In this document: piece after piece, positions 1 to 14,200 of the stretch
Layout: each line of letters starts with the position of its first letter
Position numbering within the stretch: the stretch's first letter is position 1
From: Takakia lepidozioides
Lineage: Eukaryota; Plantae; Bryophyta
Length of the DNA: 64,000 nt
Reading direction: 5' to 3'
Assembly (NCBI GenBank): GCA_030704615.1
Contig: CM060733.1
Coordinates: forward strand, 7,626,001 to 7,690,000
Position numbers and translations under genes: made by a program
Notes under the pieces: generated by a model
Database searches by the model: none
What the model was told of the DNA's origin: nothing
What the model saw: the letters and a program-made list of their open reading frames with translations, nothing else

Positions 1-205
1 TAGTGTTCCTTTTTTCGTCGTTTCCAATTTTTAGAGAAGCAGGAAGATATGTGGCTTAGGGGTGCTTGTTTGTTCTATTTGCCACCCTAGGCTGAGTATG
101 GAGAATCTCACCTGAGAGTAATGCCCCATTATGTCCCCATGTATATGTCAGCGTTTGGTCCTATTGAAGTGGTAACTAATCATCAATCTACCACTCTGCT
201 GCCAG

Positions 206-508
206 AAAGAAGCAACTCCTGAACAACAACATGTGGAGCTGAAGGTGGAAAATGCCCAGCGTAGACTGGAACTCTGGAATCCTGCGGAGGTTACAATTGC
301 AGAGTTGCAGTCCTCAGTCCATGCAAACAAACCCTACACTGCAGCTCTGGAGTCAATTATCCGTGGTGACCCCCATCGTAATGCCCGTGCACGAGTTTCT
401 GGAAAGATTTGTGCAACTGTTCAGGAACAAGTGGACTGCCTAATTGATCAAGCCACCGACCCTAATTTGCTTGGTCGCATTTTTGCAGGGTGGCAACCTT
501 GGGTGTAA
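206..508 (+). CDS. PRKDC: Terminal exon of DNA-dependent protein kinase catalytic subunit (FATC domain); rest of gene lies upstream of the window
   Basis: Acceptor ccag at 202-205, then in-frame KEATPEQQHVEL...NPAEVTIAEL...RGDPHRNARA...QVDCLIDQATDPNLLGRIFAGWQPWV*. This follows the DNA-PKcs tail (NPAVITCDEL...RGSKDHNIRA...[26 protein letters not shown]) better than ATM, ATR, TOR or SMG1. Confidence 0.85.
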   Translation, partial: KEATPEQQHVELKVENAQRRLELWNPAEVTIAELQSSVHANKPYTAALESIIRGDPHRNARARVSGKICATVQEQVDCLIDQATDPNLLGRIFAGWQPWV

Positions 509-2549
509 CTCAAGACTGCTTGAGGTAATCGTCACTTTAGATGCAAAATGTGTTTCTCATTGTAGCAAAAGGCAACATAGTGTACCACGAGTATACATCT
601 TGGGAGTCGCTGAGGAGAACATAATTGAAAGAGTATGGCTTGTTCACCATAGATTTCTCCACACTCATTGGCTTCATGTTTTTATCAAACATGATACCTT
701 TTGTCCAAGGGAGGAGTGGAACTAAACTTCTGGTAATATGTAGATAAGAGACTGTTCCAGCCGACCCCTACATATTAAGATGGGCAACTTTTAGTAAAAG
801 TCTTTACTTTCCAATTTCCAGAGCTGGTATTTGACAGTTGCCCCACTTGCGAATATGCACCAATGACAATCCTCAGAGAAGCTCAACATAATGTTGTGGC
901 ATATACACCCCTGTGTGCAGTTTGGAAGGCAGACTGGGGATCATTGTGGTCATCAGGAAAGCCTCATTCCAGTAGTGGGACTAGTAAAAATGATTATAAT
1001 GCTCCAGGTTTCTGGAAGCAAGAATTTCGCCATTGCACCTATTGTGTGCACATATTGCCCTGTAAGTCATACCTAAGAAAACCCAGGGACAGGTTACAGT
1101 GACAGGTTCAGTGACAGTTTTAATTCAATGTACAGCTTTTTTGGAATAGTAGCCATTAATATGCATCTGAAATTAACATGCAGTGATAGAAAGCAGCAAG
1201 AAAGAAACACATGACTTGCCAACAAGACCTTTTGATGACTTCAATCTTAGTCAATCACTCAAATCAGTCACCCATGTCAATACAACCCAAGCGTTTGTAT
1301 TGTGATACCTTAACCTCTGTGGCAGACAACTTTTTCAGATGCCCTCAGCTTTGGAAATGGTAGTAAGATTTTACATGCAGCAATTGTGTAGCTGAAGTCC
1401 CCTCAGATAGGATCAGGTTGGTCTTACAGCAAGCATTTCTCGCTTTCTCCCCCACACTTGAACAGTCTCTATTCTGGATTTCGCGCATGGCACCATGATC
1501 ACCTCAACAGCTGCATTCATTCCTTCCATGTCGTCAACCGCATCCTTCCTGGAAAAGTAAGCGGAATTGGCAGTGCAATACTATAATTGGCTGGCTCAGC
1601 TCTAAGCCCACTGTCATAGGTCTTCCACTTCCAGGTTGAGAATGAGAAAGAAATCAGTGCAGCCACATCCTGGCTGCTCTGTGTGCAAACACTAAGATTT
1701 GCCTAGTGTTCAGACCATGCAACATGAAACCGAGTACCGTACTTGCCTATGCTATTCGTCAGGTTGTTTTTGAAGAAGAGGTCCGGCAGTCTTTTTGGAA
1801 TATCTGTAGTTCCGACAGTTATCACTATATTCAAGTGACCACTGAAGGTTGGAGACTACCCAGCTACCTTTCATCCTTTGAAACCCTAATATGATGACAT
1901 TGTGGAGTCCATGAAGGGCCTTTCGAAGTTACGTGGAGCTCTTGCAAATAGATTGCATTTTGTAGGAAGTTATTTTCGCACATATATATTTGTATTGATT
2001 TTTGTTCAATGAAATTTTGATCTTATTAGAAACAACATGAGAAGAGGCTTGCAAGTTTTTCGCGCACTTTGGTCCCATAGTTTCCAAACAATTAGGTCAA
2101 AATCTGAAAAATTCACAGAATTGGTTAGGCACTTTCATTTTGAATCAATTATTTCCTAAACAGTTGTCCAGGGACGGTAGTTTTAGCGGGAATAAGGTGC
2201 CATAGTGCCACATCAGCATGGCCAATTGTCATGGAACCTGCCCGGACTGCCCGAAAAAACTAAAAACAACTTCTTAGCATAAACATATTTTCATGCTTAA
2301 TGTAGTTCAAGACAGGGCCATCCAAACCCATCGGTCGCGAGCAACCGAATGAGTGCAATGACCACAGGGCTAGACGATATGTCTACAAGCGGGACGTTGA
2401 ATCTAGTCTAGAAGTAGTGCATCTACCTTCATGCGCAGCTCCCTTATGAGAACTGCAATGCGCGCAGGAGCTTCAAATTGTAACCAATCATCAACTGTAA
2501 CTACCTGTCTTTCATGCTTCATCTTAATTTCATCACCAAACAAAAGCAA

Positions 2550-3685
2550 AGCATAAGCCGGCACCATGGTACTCTCTCAGAAACACCTTCGAAGTTCTCA
2601 CTTTCTCTGTAAAAACAACCCAGGGACTTTGAAAATATCCTACAGAGAAATTCACGCTTGCTGGATGTAAAATACCCGCCCATCTTCCTTCATGAACAAT
2701 CGAAGCCCATGGGCACTCCACCTTTCACCAAGGACTTCCCACTGGAAGTGACTCCTGGAAGAAATCCAAGATCTACCAGAATTCTCAGGTACTCAGACCG
2801 GCTAACTTCAATAGCAGACAACGTCTCCCTTGACAAGAAGTTTTGGGCACAATACTCACTCTCGACATTCCAGCCATCTTTGCCTTCCGCTCACCCATCC
2901 ATTATACGCAGCTACTACGGCCATATTATGGTCCCTCTTGCTATTTCCTGCAAGCTTCATCCGGGCAGCAGCAGCTTCCTCACGTCTTTCCATTTAAATG
3001 AAATGAAATGGAAAAGAGAAAAAAGGGGAACAACCGCTTAGAGAGGCTGCAATAGTGAGCATAGGGTCAAGGCAATTCAGCATGCAAGCGAAGATCAAGA
3101 GGTTGCCTACCTGTGCATCAACTGGCATCCGTGCCGTGTGGGGTTGGGAGGGATATCCCCACGGAACCTGAATGATCTTTTTCCGTCGTCCGTTGCAAAG
3201 TTCGCAAATTTTGCACGGGATCGCAGCACAATGGCTGTATCGCAGTGAAAGGACTGTCAGTAGAAGTCACACTAGTTTCAAGATCAGGGGTCAGAGCTTT
3301 TTCCAATTTGTCGGCGGTAGCTGCTGTGGTGGAGGCTGAGTAGGAGAAGGTCCCAAGGCCGTGCGCGAGTTCTCAAATATTAGAGATCATCTCAGCTTTT
3401 GTGAACTGGTAAATCTGCTGCATCTGGGTAGTTTTTCAAGGAGGGCAAAATGGGGAGGGGATCAAACCTTGCTTTGAATCCTGCATCACTTTCTCTAGAT
3501 CTATCGTCAAACTAATACGAACTGCATTGATGGAATGCAGGTGGGCTTAATGAGCAGCACTGATGTGCTGATAACTGCACACGGAGCGCAATTGACCAAC
3601 ATGATGTTCATGTCACCTGGAGGGGGCGTTATGGAAGTGTATCCCAAAGGCTGGGAAGAGTTTGCTGGCGTGGGGCAATTGCTTC
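2550..3685 (+). pseudogene. Glycosyltransferase family 61 (DUF563) remnant, truncated
   Basis: 3535-3685 reads QVGLMSSTDVLITAHGAQLTNMMFMSPGGGVMEVYPKGWEEFAGVGQ, a typical plant GT61 C-terminal motif (HGAQLTN). The upstream 2550-3040 part is only weakly similar and interrupted. Similarity stops abruptly next to the GDSL pseudogene. Confidence 0.65.
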
Positions 3686-3823
3686 TCAGACAACAACAGA
3701 TAGATCACAATGCACTATTATATTTATTGCACAATTTCAAACTCAAGTGGGAATCCACAGGGGCCTAGGACCAAAAGTGATCCATCCTCAATTCATGAGC
3801 AATCACATTCCTTTGGCAAAATA

Positions 3824-4967
3824 TTACCCGTTCAACTTGCATTCTGTCATGAAATTGGTGGGCGGCTCTAAATATTCTCCTGTCAAAAACGATTTTGCTA
3901 TAACCTGGTAAAAGGCCTTTGTAAAGTGTACTCCATCCCATATAATATATGTTGGGATCCCTATATTTGTATACATCTAGACTTACAACTTTCTCTCCCA
4001 CTGTTGCGTTAATGTTTCCGCACATAGCATCCAAATTGAAATTGTATGGATGTCCATACCCAGAGGCCGCTTGGAATATATTCTCTTTCGGAAATCCATA
4101 CTTGTCTGGATTCTTCACAATGTCCACATTGATGTCATAATATCGACCGAAATGAATAAAAATTCCTGGAAGCCGTTGTTGTAGATCTTTGAATCATCCT
4201 TTTCAAGCCCTGGTTGTAGGCTAAAACAACCTCATTAAAGGGAATCAAACACCCATGCTCATCTCTTGAAACCTCTGGAGTGCCCCAATTTGAGCGGAAA
4301 ATAGTGGAGCAACCTTCGGCAAGATTGTTGTAAATGAAAAAATGTCTAGCCCCTGCGTTATATAAATTCTCTGTAGCAGCTGAAACTGCAGCCACCGATT
4401 GAGACATAGTATGTTTCATGACCTCTGTAGGTCCCATGTGTCGGAGATATTGATATGAGAAATCATTGCCCCCAGTGTGTATAATATACAATCCATTTTC
4501 GTAATTTTCTGAAGTGGGTATGGCTTCTCTTGCCAATTTTGATTTTGCATTGGTTTCGAAACCCAAAAATTGTTCAACTTGAAGCTCGAGATGATATGGA
4601 ACCAAGTAGTCATCGTTTCGTGCAGTAGCTCCAGCATAAGCAAAATTAATCCCATGTCGAAAATTGAAGTTGGTAGGGTTTGTTAAATATGCTTGAATTG
4701 GGGTGAGGAAGGGCAGTCCAAAGGCATGAGCGACAAAATCAATCACAATACGCCCATTCGAAAAGCGGCCTGCTGGAGTCCAAAAAAAGTTTCTCTGTAA
4801 GGTCTGCTCAAGTGTACTTGTCAGTTTGATGGAAATGCTAGTTGATCGTTTCTAGTGTCGTAAAGCGAGTCTCCGAACATGAACATAGCACCCGATGGAC
4901 AAACTAATTTGACCGGATTGAAAGTTGAAGCTATTATTACCAAAAGCAACAGCACACCTTGTATCAT
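3824..4967 (-). pseudogene. GDSL esterase/lipase pseudogene, intronless
   Basis: Signal-like N-terminus, FMFGDSLYD (block I), GRFSNGRIVIDF, GINFAYAGATA, IHTGGND (block III) and WDGVHFT (block V, DxxH). There is a premature stop near 4822 and several frameshifts (~4785, ~4160, ~3945). No introns. Confidence 0.9.
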
Positions 4968-5449
4968 ACATGCCGTTGCCACCAATATAAGACTACGCAC
5001 CCCAAAGTTGATGAGATCATCTAGATACTAAAACTCTTGAGCAGCAAACTACCCCAAAGTGAGCAAGATGAGATAGAGACCACTACCAAAACTAATGAGC
5101 AACTGCAAGTGCAGAAGTGAGCAAGTGCTTTTGGCTTCTCTTTTGAACTACAATTTAGCTTTTCTAAAAAGTATGACACAACTTAGTTGAAAAAGTTATC
5201 ATTTCTATTTTTTATCTTATTTTTTTAAAGTTAAAAGGGGACAGTGCCAAGTGGCCCTTAATTAACTAAATGAATATAAAAAGAAGTGTACAAGGAAAAA
5301 ATAACATTGAAGAAGGCCATGAAGGCTGATGGAGGGGACACTTCCCACCATCACAAAACACAGCTCCAAAGGGGATAGTAAGAGAAAGCTGCAAGGTCTA
5401 ACTAAAGACTACATCGTTTCCTCTTATGAGGCTCAAAAGACAATTGGGC

Positions 5450-6950
5450 CCTAGATTTTCTTTTCTAAAAGAACGCCTATGCCTCCAATTGACATCAGTT
5501 TCCTCTCCATCAGTTGGGGAGAGTCTGGCGTTGTTAGAGCTACCAGCACGAAGGTAGGGCTCCGAGGTTTTGGTGCAGAGGAGATTTCAAACGGCCCCAT
5601 GAGTGCTGAGGAGAGCAGTGTAAGAGATGCACCAGCCCATCGGCAGCGATGAGACAAAGGAAGGGTGAAAAGGGACAGCCTTGTTGAATAGATCTACATT
5701 ACTGCTCACTTTGCTGGAAGTAGAGTGAAATAGACTTCATATATAATTAAGAATTTTTTCCGTGAATCCAAGTTTTTGAAAGCGCCCAGAAGATAGTCCC
5801 ATTATCAAAAGCTTTTTGAAAATCCAACATAAGCAAAGCCAGGGGTTGATTAGACTCAAAAGCATGATGAAGGGCTTCATTTGCAAGCAAGACATTGTCC
5901 ACGATCTTCTTCTCCTTTATATACCCTCTTAGGGCGGCAGCCCGACAGACCCCCCCCCCACCTTTCTAGAAGCTGCCCCCACACCCTCACCCCTAGAAAC
6001 CACCACTTGACACCCTGTACTATACTTACCACAATTTGACGCCTGAATCATCCCCCATTTAGTAGTTGTCACCTTTTTTCTTGGACCCCTTACTAATTTC
6101 TTGAAGTCCTTGTGTAGCTTACTACATATCCCCCAATTTTTATGCCTAGACCATCCTCTAATGGACAGCCTAGCTTGTAAAGCCCCATATTTGCTTAGCC
6201 TAGAAATGGCCCGTTTCATCCAAAACGGCGATACACATCCGTAGTATATTGTTTTGGCGTATAAAGCCGTTAAACCGTTACAATGATATCTAGGTTAGGG
6301 TTAGTTTGGCTGGTGGCTCGATCCTGGCCCTTCATCAGATCTAGGGCTACAAGGTGGCGCCGTGGGCTTTGGCTTGTGACCCCTCTTGTGACCCCTCGCC
6401 ACGCGGCGGGCCACTAAAGCTAGGGTTTTTGTATAAAGACGGTGCCCTGACACAAGGTCAGGCGGTGTACTCGGGTGTTAGTGTACATATGATTTTGGTG
6501 TACAAGCTTTGGATGAGAGCTGCTTTGTGTCAGATCCGTGTGTTTGATCCTCATCTCGCGCGTTGCCTGCTCTTTCCGCTCGCCCCTTTGTTGTGAAACC
6601 TTGCTTCTAGAGAGGAAAGGAGTATATGCTTCAGGCTTGTTTTAAGGCTTCACATGCCCACACATACTGGGGCCCTTATTTGTAATAATTAGTAGATTAC
6701 ACATACAATGCATGCACAGTGTGGGGGACAATTGTTGGTTCTGTCCCGCAAGGGTCGGAGGCATTGTGGAGACTTCTTGCCTAGGCGGGGAGAACGGAGA
6801 GCTAGGCTCATCCATTAAGCCTAGAGAGAGAGAGCCTAGTCTTTAAGAGGTTGATGGACCCGCAAGGGATAGAGGCATTGTGGAGACATCTTTAGGGAGA
6901 GAACTATGCTAGTCTATGGAGGATTGATGGGAATGATTCATGAAGCCCTA
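5450..6950. mobile_element. Degenerate LTR-retrotransposon-like remnant(s)
   Basis: On the minus strand a G-rich polypurine tract (5950-5966) is followed by TGT at 5947 and a TATATAAA. There is also a direct repeat CCCGCAAGGG..GAGGCATTGTGGAGAC at ~6745 and ~6859. No coding domain recognised. Confidence 0.3.
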
Positions 6951-8269
6951 GAAAAAGTACAAAACAACAACCACAAAATCATCAAAGGACAGAGCCTTTG
7001 TGGCGGAGCCGCTTGTTGTACATGATGTTGTTTGGATTTTCCTGCTGTCTGTACACTGTCGACAGTATTTGCATCGTAATGATGTGTTGCTCAAAGTTAA
7101 CTGTTTTCCCTTAGATCCAGCACACCACCTCATCCCAGGATAGCATCATCTGATGATAATAAACCCTTAATTGTGTATCCTGATAGGTGCTCATCCATCT
7201 ATAAAATTGAGAGGGATTTAATTCATCCTACATGGCCGGATCATGGCCATTTTTCTTATTCGAAGTACAAAGAGCACATCCACTCCTGCACACTAGATCA
7301 TGGATGTGGTAGTAACTAGAGAATTTGGATAGACAGACCCATCTGGAGATTGGCCTTTTAGACTCTGCAGAGACTCATGCTGAGTGATCGTAGTTTCCTA
7401 CATGCAGCACTATTACTCCATTCGATAAGGTTAAAATCATGCAATTTCTGTGTGAGGGAGTTCGCATTGTCGACTTCTGACTGCAATTGGATATCAGAAG
7501 ATTCTATTAAACAGCTAGTGACGTAAATTTAGTTTCAGATGGCTATTTCAGCTACTTTCATGATACACACAAAGACCAGAAAACCACCCCTCAAGGGACA
7601 GACATGGACTACCTACTCTCAATAACACAGAAGGTCATCAACAGGATAAGAAGCACTGACCAATAGACCAGAAAAGTTAAGAGGGAAAAGGATGGATGCC
7701 AAGATGTTATCGCATTACAATACACGTAGCACACTGTTTGCTGTAGCATTCTGGCTACAGGCCCTGTTATCACATTACAGTGTGCCTCGTACACGTCACA
7801 TCGACACATGAATATTGCAGAGAATGGCGTCAATGCCAGCCATTCCATCACTCCACACAAACATCGTCACTTAGCGCATGCCTCAATACAATAAGACAGT
7901 TACAGGACCAAACCTGTCACTTCAAATTGAACTGCTTCAGAGCAACATGCAGCCCCACAGAAAAAAAGTATTCAAGTCACCGTGACATACAAGCTCTGTA
8001 TTTTCAAGCATAGTGGCATTTTCTAGCATTGGTAGTGGCACAAGGCTACCGAAACATCCTGTTAGCATCAAGAGCACAGTTTACGAAAAAAGCGAATAGC
8101 CATGCTTAAATCATTTTAATATAACTGCTGCGAGATATTTGATAACATTAAACATAGCAAGACAGAAAGAACCAAACATTTCACCTCATATTCAGCTGCT
8201 TGAAAATGACACAGAAGCCCCACAGAAAAAGCAGTATGGTAGTGACCATGGCATAAGACCTTGGTATTT

Positions 8270-11200
8270 TCAAGCACCATAGCGCTTCAAGACCTTGCTA
8301 AGTGATGGCATCACGTTATATGCCATGAATGACCTCCTCAACTCTATGATAGATCCAACCTGCAATCCACATCCTCAAATTCGTCATGACAGACCAGCCT
8401 GTTCCCAGCCTTAGCTGTGTGAGCCTTCTCCCTGGTCACAGTACCCACCTCTCACCCAATGCAAGCACAACTAGAGACAATCTGGTCCAATCCAACAAAG
8501 AGCTGATAAAAGCTTCTCAAAGTACCTGATGCGTATGTGTGGCAAAAAGCCTAACCTCAAGGGGGTCTAATTTGATCAAATACACCCTTCAAATGTGACA
8601 GGTAAAAATGAGATCTTCCAGGCCCATCATGATTCAGTTAAGTTTCAGATGCAGCCTCAGTGGCTGGAAGATGAACTGAAGGAGCGATATCTGCTATGTG
8701 TATTCCTGCTTATAAATAGAGATCAAAAGCAGACATTCATTAACTTTCCCCCAAGGTTTCTAACCATTCCTACAATCTTAAGAGAAGTTGTGGATGAAAC
8801 GCACGATTATTAACATGGATGTAAAACCGATGCTGCCACCCTGATGGATAGCCCGAAATCTGTAGTCCACTACTGTGGACACTGTAGCAAGCAGTGCCAG
8901 TAATAAACCCCCTGCATCCCAGACCCCATACATAAGTAAGAAGATCGGCAACTAAACCTTAAAGCTGACTTTCACTCAGTTAAATACAGAAACTACCAGT
9001 ATTGAAGAGAAAGAGAAAGAGAGGAGAGAATATCTTTTACATATGCCTGCCACAGCATCGTCATGCATCTACTGGGCGAAGGAAGAAAACAAGAAGAGCA
9101 AGAGCTGACCCCAGAAACGAGTTGAGGCCTGGATTTTTCCCAAGTACTCAACAGTTCTACGCCCGGGCTTGACATCGGGTATGCGTGCTCCGATTTTCAT
9201 CATATAATCTGCTACCTCCTTTGGCGTATCCACCTGTTCAAAACACTTGGATAAATCACTTAGGCAGTTGTTACTTTCACAATACCCCAAAAGATTGGCC
9301 AGATTGTATATATGGCCAAAGCAGCAATGGACTTCCCAGGGTATTGCTAGCATTACCCACCCCAGAAATTGGAGGTTATCTCATCCAAATGGGCTACAGA
9401 GAGTGTTAACAATCTTTCCAAAAATTGGTATAAGTTTGAACATATAATACTTCATGACACATCCTAATAGACTTCACTGTTGGTACGGGGTCATGTCTGG
9501 GTTCAAAAAATGGCGATTTCCAAGATTTCAAAGTATCAATTGTGGTGCCAGTGGGCAATTTTCTTCATGATATTTGTGGAATCTCCATGTAAAGAACAGC
9601 AGAAAATTGCTGCTTAGGCAACAAACGGAAAATATTGCAAAACTGGTGATGGTAAGCATTTGAGATGTAGTCAAGCTAGCAACCAAACTTCAACATTTCT
9701 CGCTTATCCACAAACTAGAGTAAAATTGATCCTAGCACTTGAAGGACATTGCAATCCCTGGGAGTCCCAGCAACCACTGCTCACGACTTCTTTGGAGCTG
9801 GATCTGCTGTTTACAACACAGAAATAGAACCAAATAGCGTGGGTGCACCTAGAAATACAGAGAAAAGCAAGGGGTAGCTTACAATGTCCAAGACATTGAA
9901 CATGAATATGAAGATAGCATTGAGAGCATAGTAGAGCCAGGGTTTTGCGCCTGGGGCAGGTGGCCAGGCAGGGTTCAGCATGTCTCGTAGCCGATGCCAG
10001 AACCCACCACTACTCGTGAAGCTGTGCAATACACAAACATCAGTGATTATGTTGGAATGAGTAAAACTGTGTTGCAGCAGTCCCAACTGCGATTAGGTTG
10101 AGACGCCAAACATTGTCAGACTGCCTGTCCCTGACCAATAGAAATACGTCTGCATGCTGTGGAATGTTTCTGCATTACCTCTTCAATGACATTTTCATTC
10201 AGTGCCAACTTGTCCCTTGGCCTGAATCTCGTCATATCAGAGGCAACTTCACTTATGATAAGAAAAATACTGAGCATTGTGAATCCAATGTTGTCTTTGG
10301 TACAGTCCGCAGTTTTTCGTATTTGTTGCAAATTTTCAGATGTGCCCATCGTTGGAAGATAAACTCCATAGATTAATGGCTAGATACTAAGATTTCAGTT
10401 GTTCATGACTGAATTATCAAAAACACGTATTAAAGGTGATAGTGGAGAGCAAATTACTTGGCCAAAAGTGAAGGTAAAGCCATGAGATATGTGGTTGTAA
10501 GGACCGGTTGCATTCCTGTTGGATTTATATTGAACGGGATGTATGGGTCAACTTCTGGCAATGAGACACCCACCCTGCCACATAATAGCATGAATGACAC
10601 TAATCAGTCACTAACTAATCTTACTACAATTGCACATGAAGAAACCAAAATTTATGAAACATAACTTGTGGGACATCAGATCCATGCCATTTACTCAAAT
10701 GCACAGTCCTGCACAAAAATCCTAAACACAATTAAGACGGGGTCATCATATTTTATTCCAAACAACCTACACAGAGACAGAAGCCATTATATTCATGAAT
10801 GTTTTTTTGCCAATAAAGAAAATTCTCTCTCCCATGATCCATAGATCATGGGCTGTCATGCATACAACGTGAGTCAGATTATCCTCATGACTGTCATCTG
10901 TAGAACAATGGCTAAAGACATACCATACATGCAATCGACCCTGACAGGATACTAACCCTTCCAGTGGTATAAACCAGCCTAGCATTGCTGTAGCACTGTG
11001 GAGCCTTGACATAATACTGTGAAGCATGATCTTGATACCCAGCACTGCTTTGTGGCTGCAGGAGATACTGAAAGGGGAGTAGAAAATAGTTACCCAGTGG
11101 TAGGTGCAAGCTCAAAATTGTAGTAGAGCATTTTGATTTTGCGACGCCCCTCGGTCACCAGCACGGCCCACATTGTGATAAGAAGAAAAGCGCCCAGAAA

Positions 11201-14200
11201 TACAAACACTGAAGGACCCCAACTAGCCGTCCCCTCTGCAATCACACCAAAAAGAAAGTGCCATCAATTCTTACCACAGCTAAGATTGGGACCAAACCTA
11301 AGCTCTAAGTTGGAAGCTAGAAGCTGACCCCTTCAGCTTTCAAACATGAAAACTTACCAAAAAGTCTACTATTGCAGAGAAAGGTTTTGCTCCAAAACAA
11401 GCCATTTACAGAGGTTGGAACTACAACTTGACCTCTCTGATTGTGCCCTTCTATGTCTCGCAGTTTGAAGCTTGCAAAAACGACAGACAAAGACACAAAT
11501 GTATTGAGCAAAAGAAGCTAAGCAAATGCCGCATGGACACAAGGAGTCCAGAGAATGGACTTAGAGAGTACGTTGGAGATTAGATATCATTTTGAAAAGA
11601 GACTCGGAGTAGCCTGTCAGAATGCTGACACAGATAATCAGCGAGGAGCCTTGACCTGCAGCAGTTATCACATAGCTGAAGAGGTAAGAACCCTCTGATC
11701 TCAACTTGCTCTTATCCAAGGCCACTGTAGTACACTAGCTCATAGCTATACAAGTGGTAAGCACATAAGAAAAGGTCAGCAATAACATTAGGACCTGGCA
11801 GCCACGCAAGTACTCAGGACAACAACAAAACTCAAGAACCAAGGCACGTCAATGTATGTACTCCCAGAAATGCGTGAAGTACCAGAATGACACTCTCACT
11901 TACTAAGGCCCAGGACCGGCACGACATGGAAAATCGAGCTCACATTATCTTCATTCAAACTATCAAATGAGCTAGATCCCACCTGGTGGCACCATAAAAA
12001 CAATTCAGATGCTGCATTCATGCTGTACTAGGGAGGCACCCAATAAGATTTACCAAAGCCAGCCTCTGTAATTTTCTCACAAATCCAGTTGATTGACATT
12101 GCTCCAGCAGAAAGAAGTCCTGATGTTACCACCAAATATTGAAATCTGACCACAAACAAACAAATCTCAACCAAAAGACATGTCGGACCTCTGGAACAAG
12201 ATCGTTCCGCTATCCTCATCATATGCCTATGTAGCCAGAAAAAGGGCTGGTAATTACTATTTGTCTGTGAGGAACAGAGAAGAAGCAATATGTATCAATG
12301 TTTGAGGCTGGAAAACTATGAACTCAAATTTGACAAGTAACCAAAGATTAAAAGCTAAGAAGAAGAAGCAATAAAAACTTTTAAAGGGGAAGCACAAGGT
12401 AAACACCATGAGAGTAGACCACCTGCTTTGTGCCGCGTAAACTGAGTAGGGGAGAGAATGTATGGCCACTACCAGCGACTCCAAGATTGCAACTCCTAAT
12501 GCTAACCAAGACCTGCACAATTTACAAGCCCCATAAGGATTCTGACTCATGGTGGCAAGGAAGAACGAAAGAGGGTTACAATCATTCATCTTCTGCTTGA
12601 TGTAGCTTCCTGAGCACAGCCTGGATGGGAGAATTAGCACAAAGAGGAGGCCCAGAGGAGCACAAGGAGCAGCAACCATAATAGTTTGACACATACGTGT
12701 ATTTTTTTATTCGCTCATTCCCGTCAATGCCTTCCTTCCGCAGCTTCACAAGTGCTGGAAGCAAATGACAAGCTACCTGGACAGACAATTTGAAGAAATA
12801 TTCATGTTAGCAAATCACCATGCAAAAACCGTGTAGTGCGCAAATGTTAATTTGGTTTGATATGTAGCAGTTTCAAGCAAGAACCTCTCAGGAATGAAGC
12901 TAAAGCCCAGTGATACTCCAACATGCGTCGAGAGGTAAAGCTTTAACCATCTTCTTCCACTATAGAACCTCATGGTGCCATCCTAGCTTCACACAGTTCA
13001 ACTTCTTACTTACAAATTTCTGTGTGACCTCCATTTGTTTTCCCTCTCAAGTTAGGATTACAAGATAAAATTGAGCGTGAGACCATCAGTTGGAGAAAGG
13101 GGCAGGTTTACCTGCATGACAATGGAGGCGAAGATATAAGGGCTGATGCCCAGCTGAAAGACAGATAGCTTCAACTCTGAGACAAGGTCTCCCAGCTCCT
13201 CTTGTCAAATTGAACCACAACACAGACGTGAGATACTTGTCTGGTCTGCAACAGCCGACATAGACGTCGACAGTAAGACCTTACAAACCTCTCTGTCTCT
13301 CGCCTCTTTTTCAATACCAGCCCTAAGTCATTGTTGGCTGCTGCTCTCAAGTTTAATGCATTTTGACTGACCTGGATTACAAACCCACCACCAGTTAGGA
13401 AAGGTATAATGTTTGAAGGAACTACACCCTGAGGGATACATCATCCCCAATGTTGACAGGGAATAGTCAATGAGTGCATCTTTCCCTCCTGCTGCAAGTA
13501 TCTAGGTCATAGGTTGTCTACTTCCAACATACACCAAGGCAATCAGGCCAAAGGTGGAAATATGAACCACAGATTGAAGTACCTGTGCTTTAATATGTGA
13601 AAATGAGGAAATTCCCAATTTCAAAAGTCTGTTTGTTACTGATATCTCCTAAAACCTTATCATGAAACAAGACCAGACAGCGATTTCTGCATATGCTTAC
13701 CCACAGCTCCAGAAACAAAGCCCAGATAATCGCCAGGCATGAAGCGGCGATCAAAACCAGGCAAGGGAATGAAGTATCCCACGCGGCTGGCCATGACAAG
13801 GACCACTGTCACAAAAATGCGCTTCCGGATCTCACTCTTGAAAAATCCTTCTGCTGCATCATTTAGAATCGTGCTAAGCTTCACCAGTCCCAGAAACCTA
13901 TTCTTAAACCTCTTTGGTGGGCCCGTTAACCCCACTTGAGTGGGTGATGAGGAGGTGGAGGAGGAAGCTGTGGCAGCATCTTTCATTTGAAGTGATCTCT
14001 CCACATTCTCTGAAGAAAGATGCCCATCATAGGACTGTGAGTCCAATGACTCTCTTTCTGCATTCCGTGCCCTTTCTCTCAGGTTTTGGGATGTCCTGGT
14101 ATCTGATTGATCGTCCCTCTGTGAAGCCCTTATCCGCAATCCAACCACCTTTCCTTGCAACTGTAAAAATCCATCTACAACATCTGGTCCAAAGATTTGC

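Noticed and set aside
860-1900. Short ORFs downstream of DNA-PKcs
   Set aside because: No recognisable domain or consistent splice pattern.
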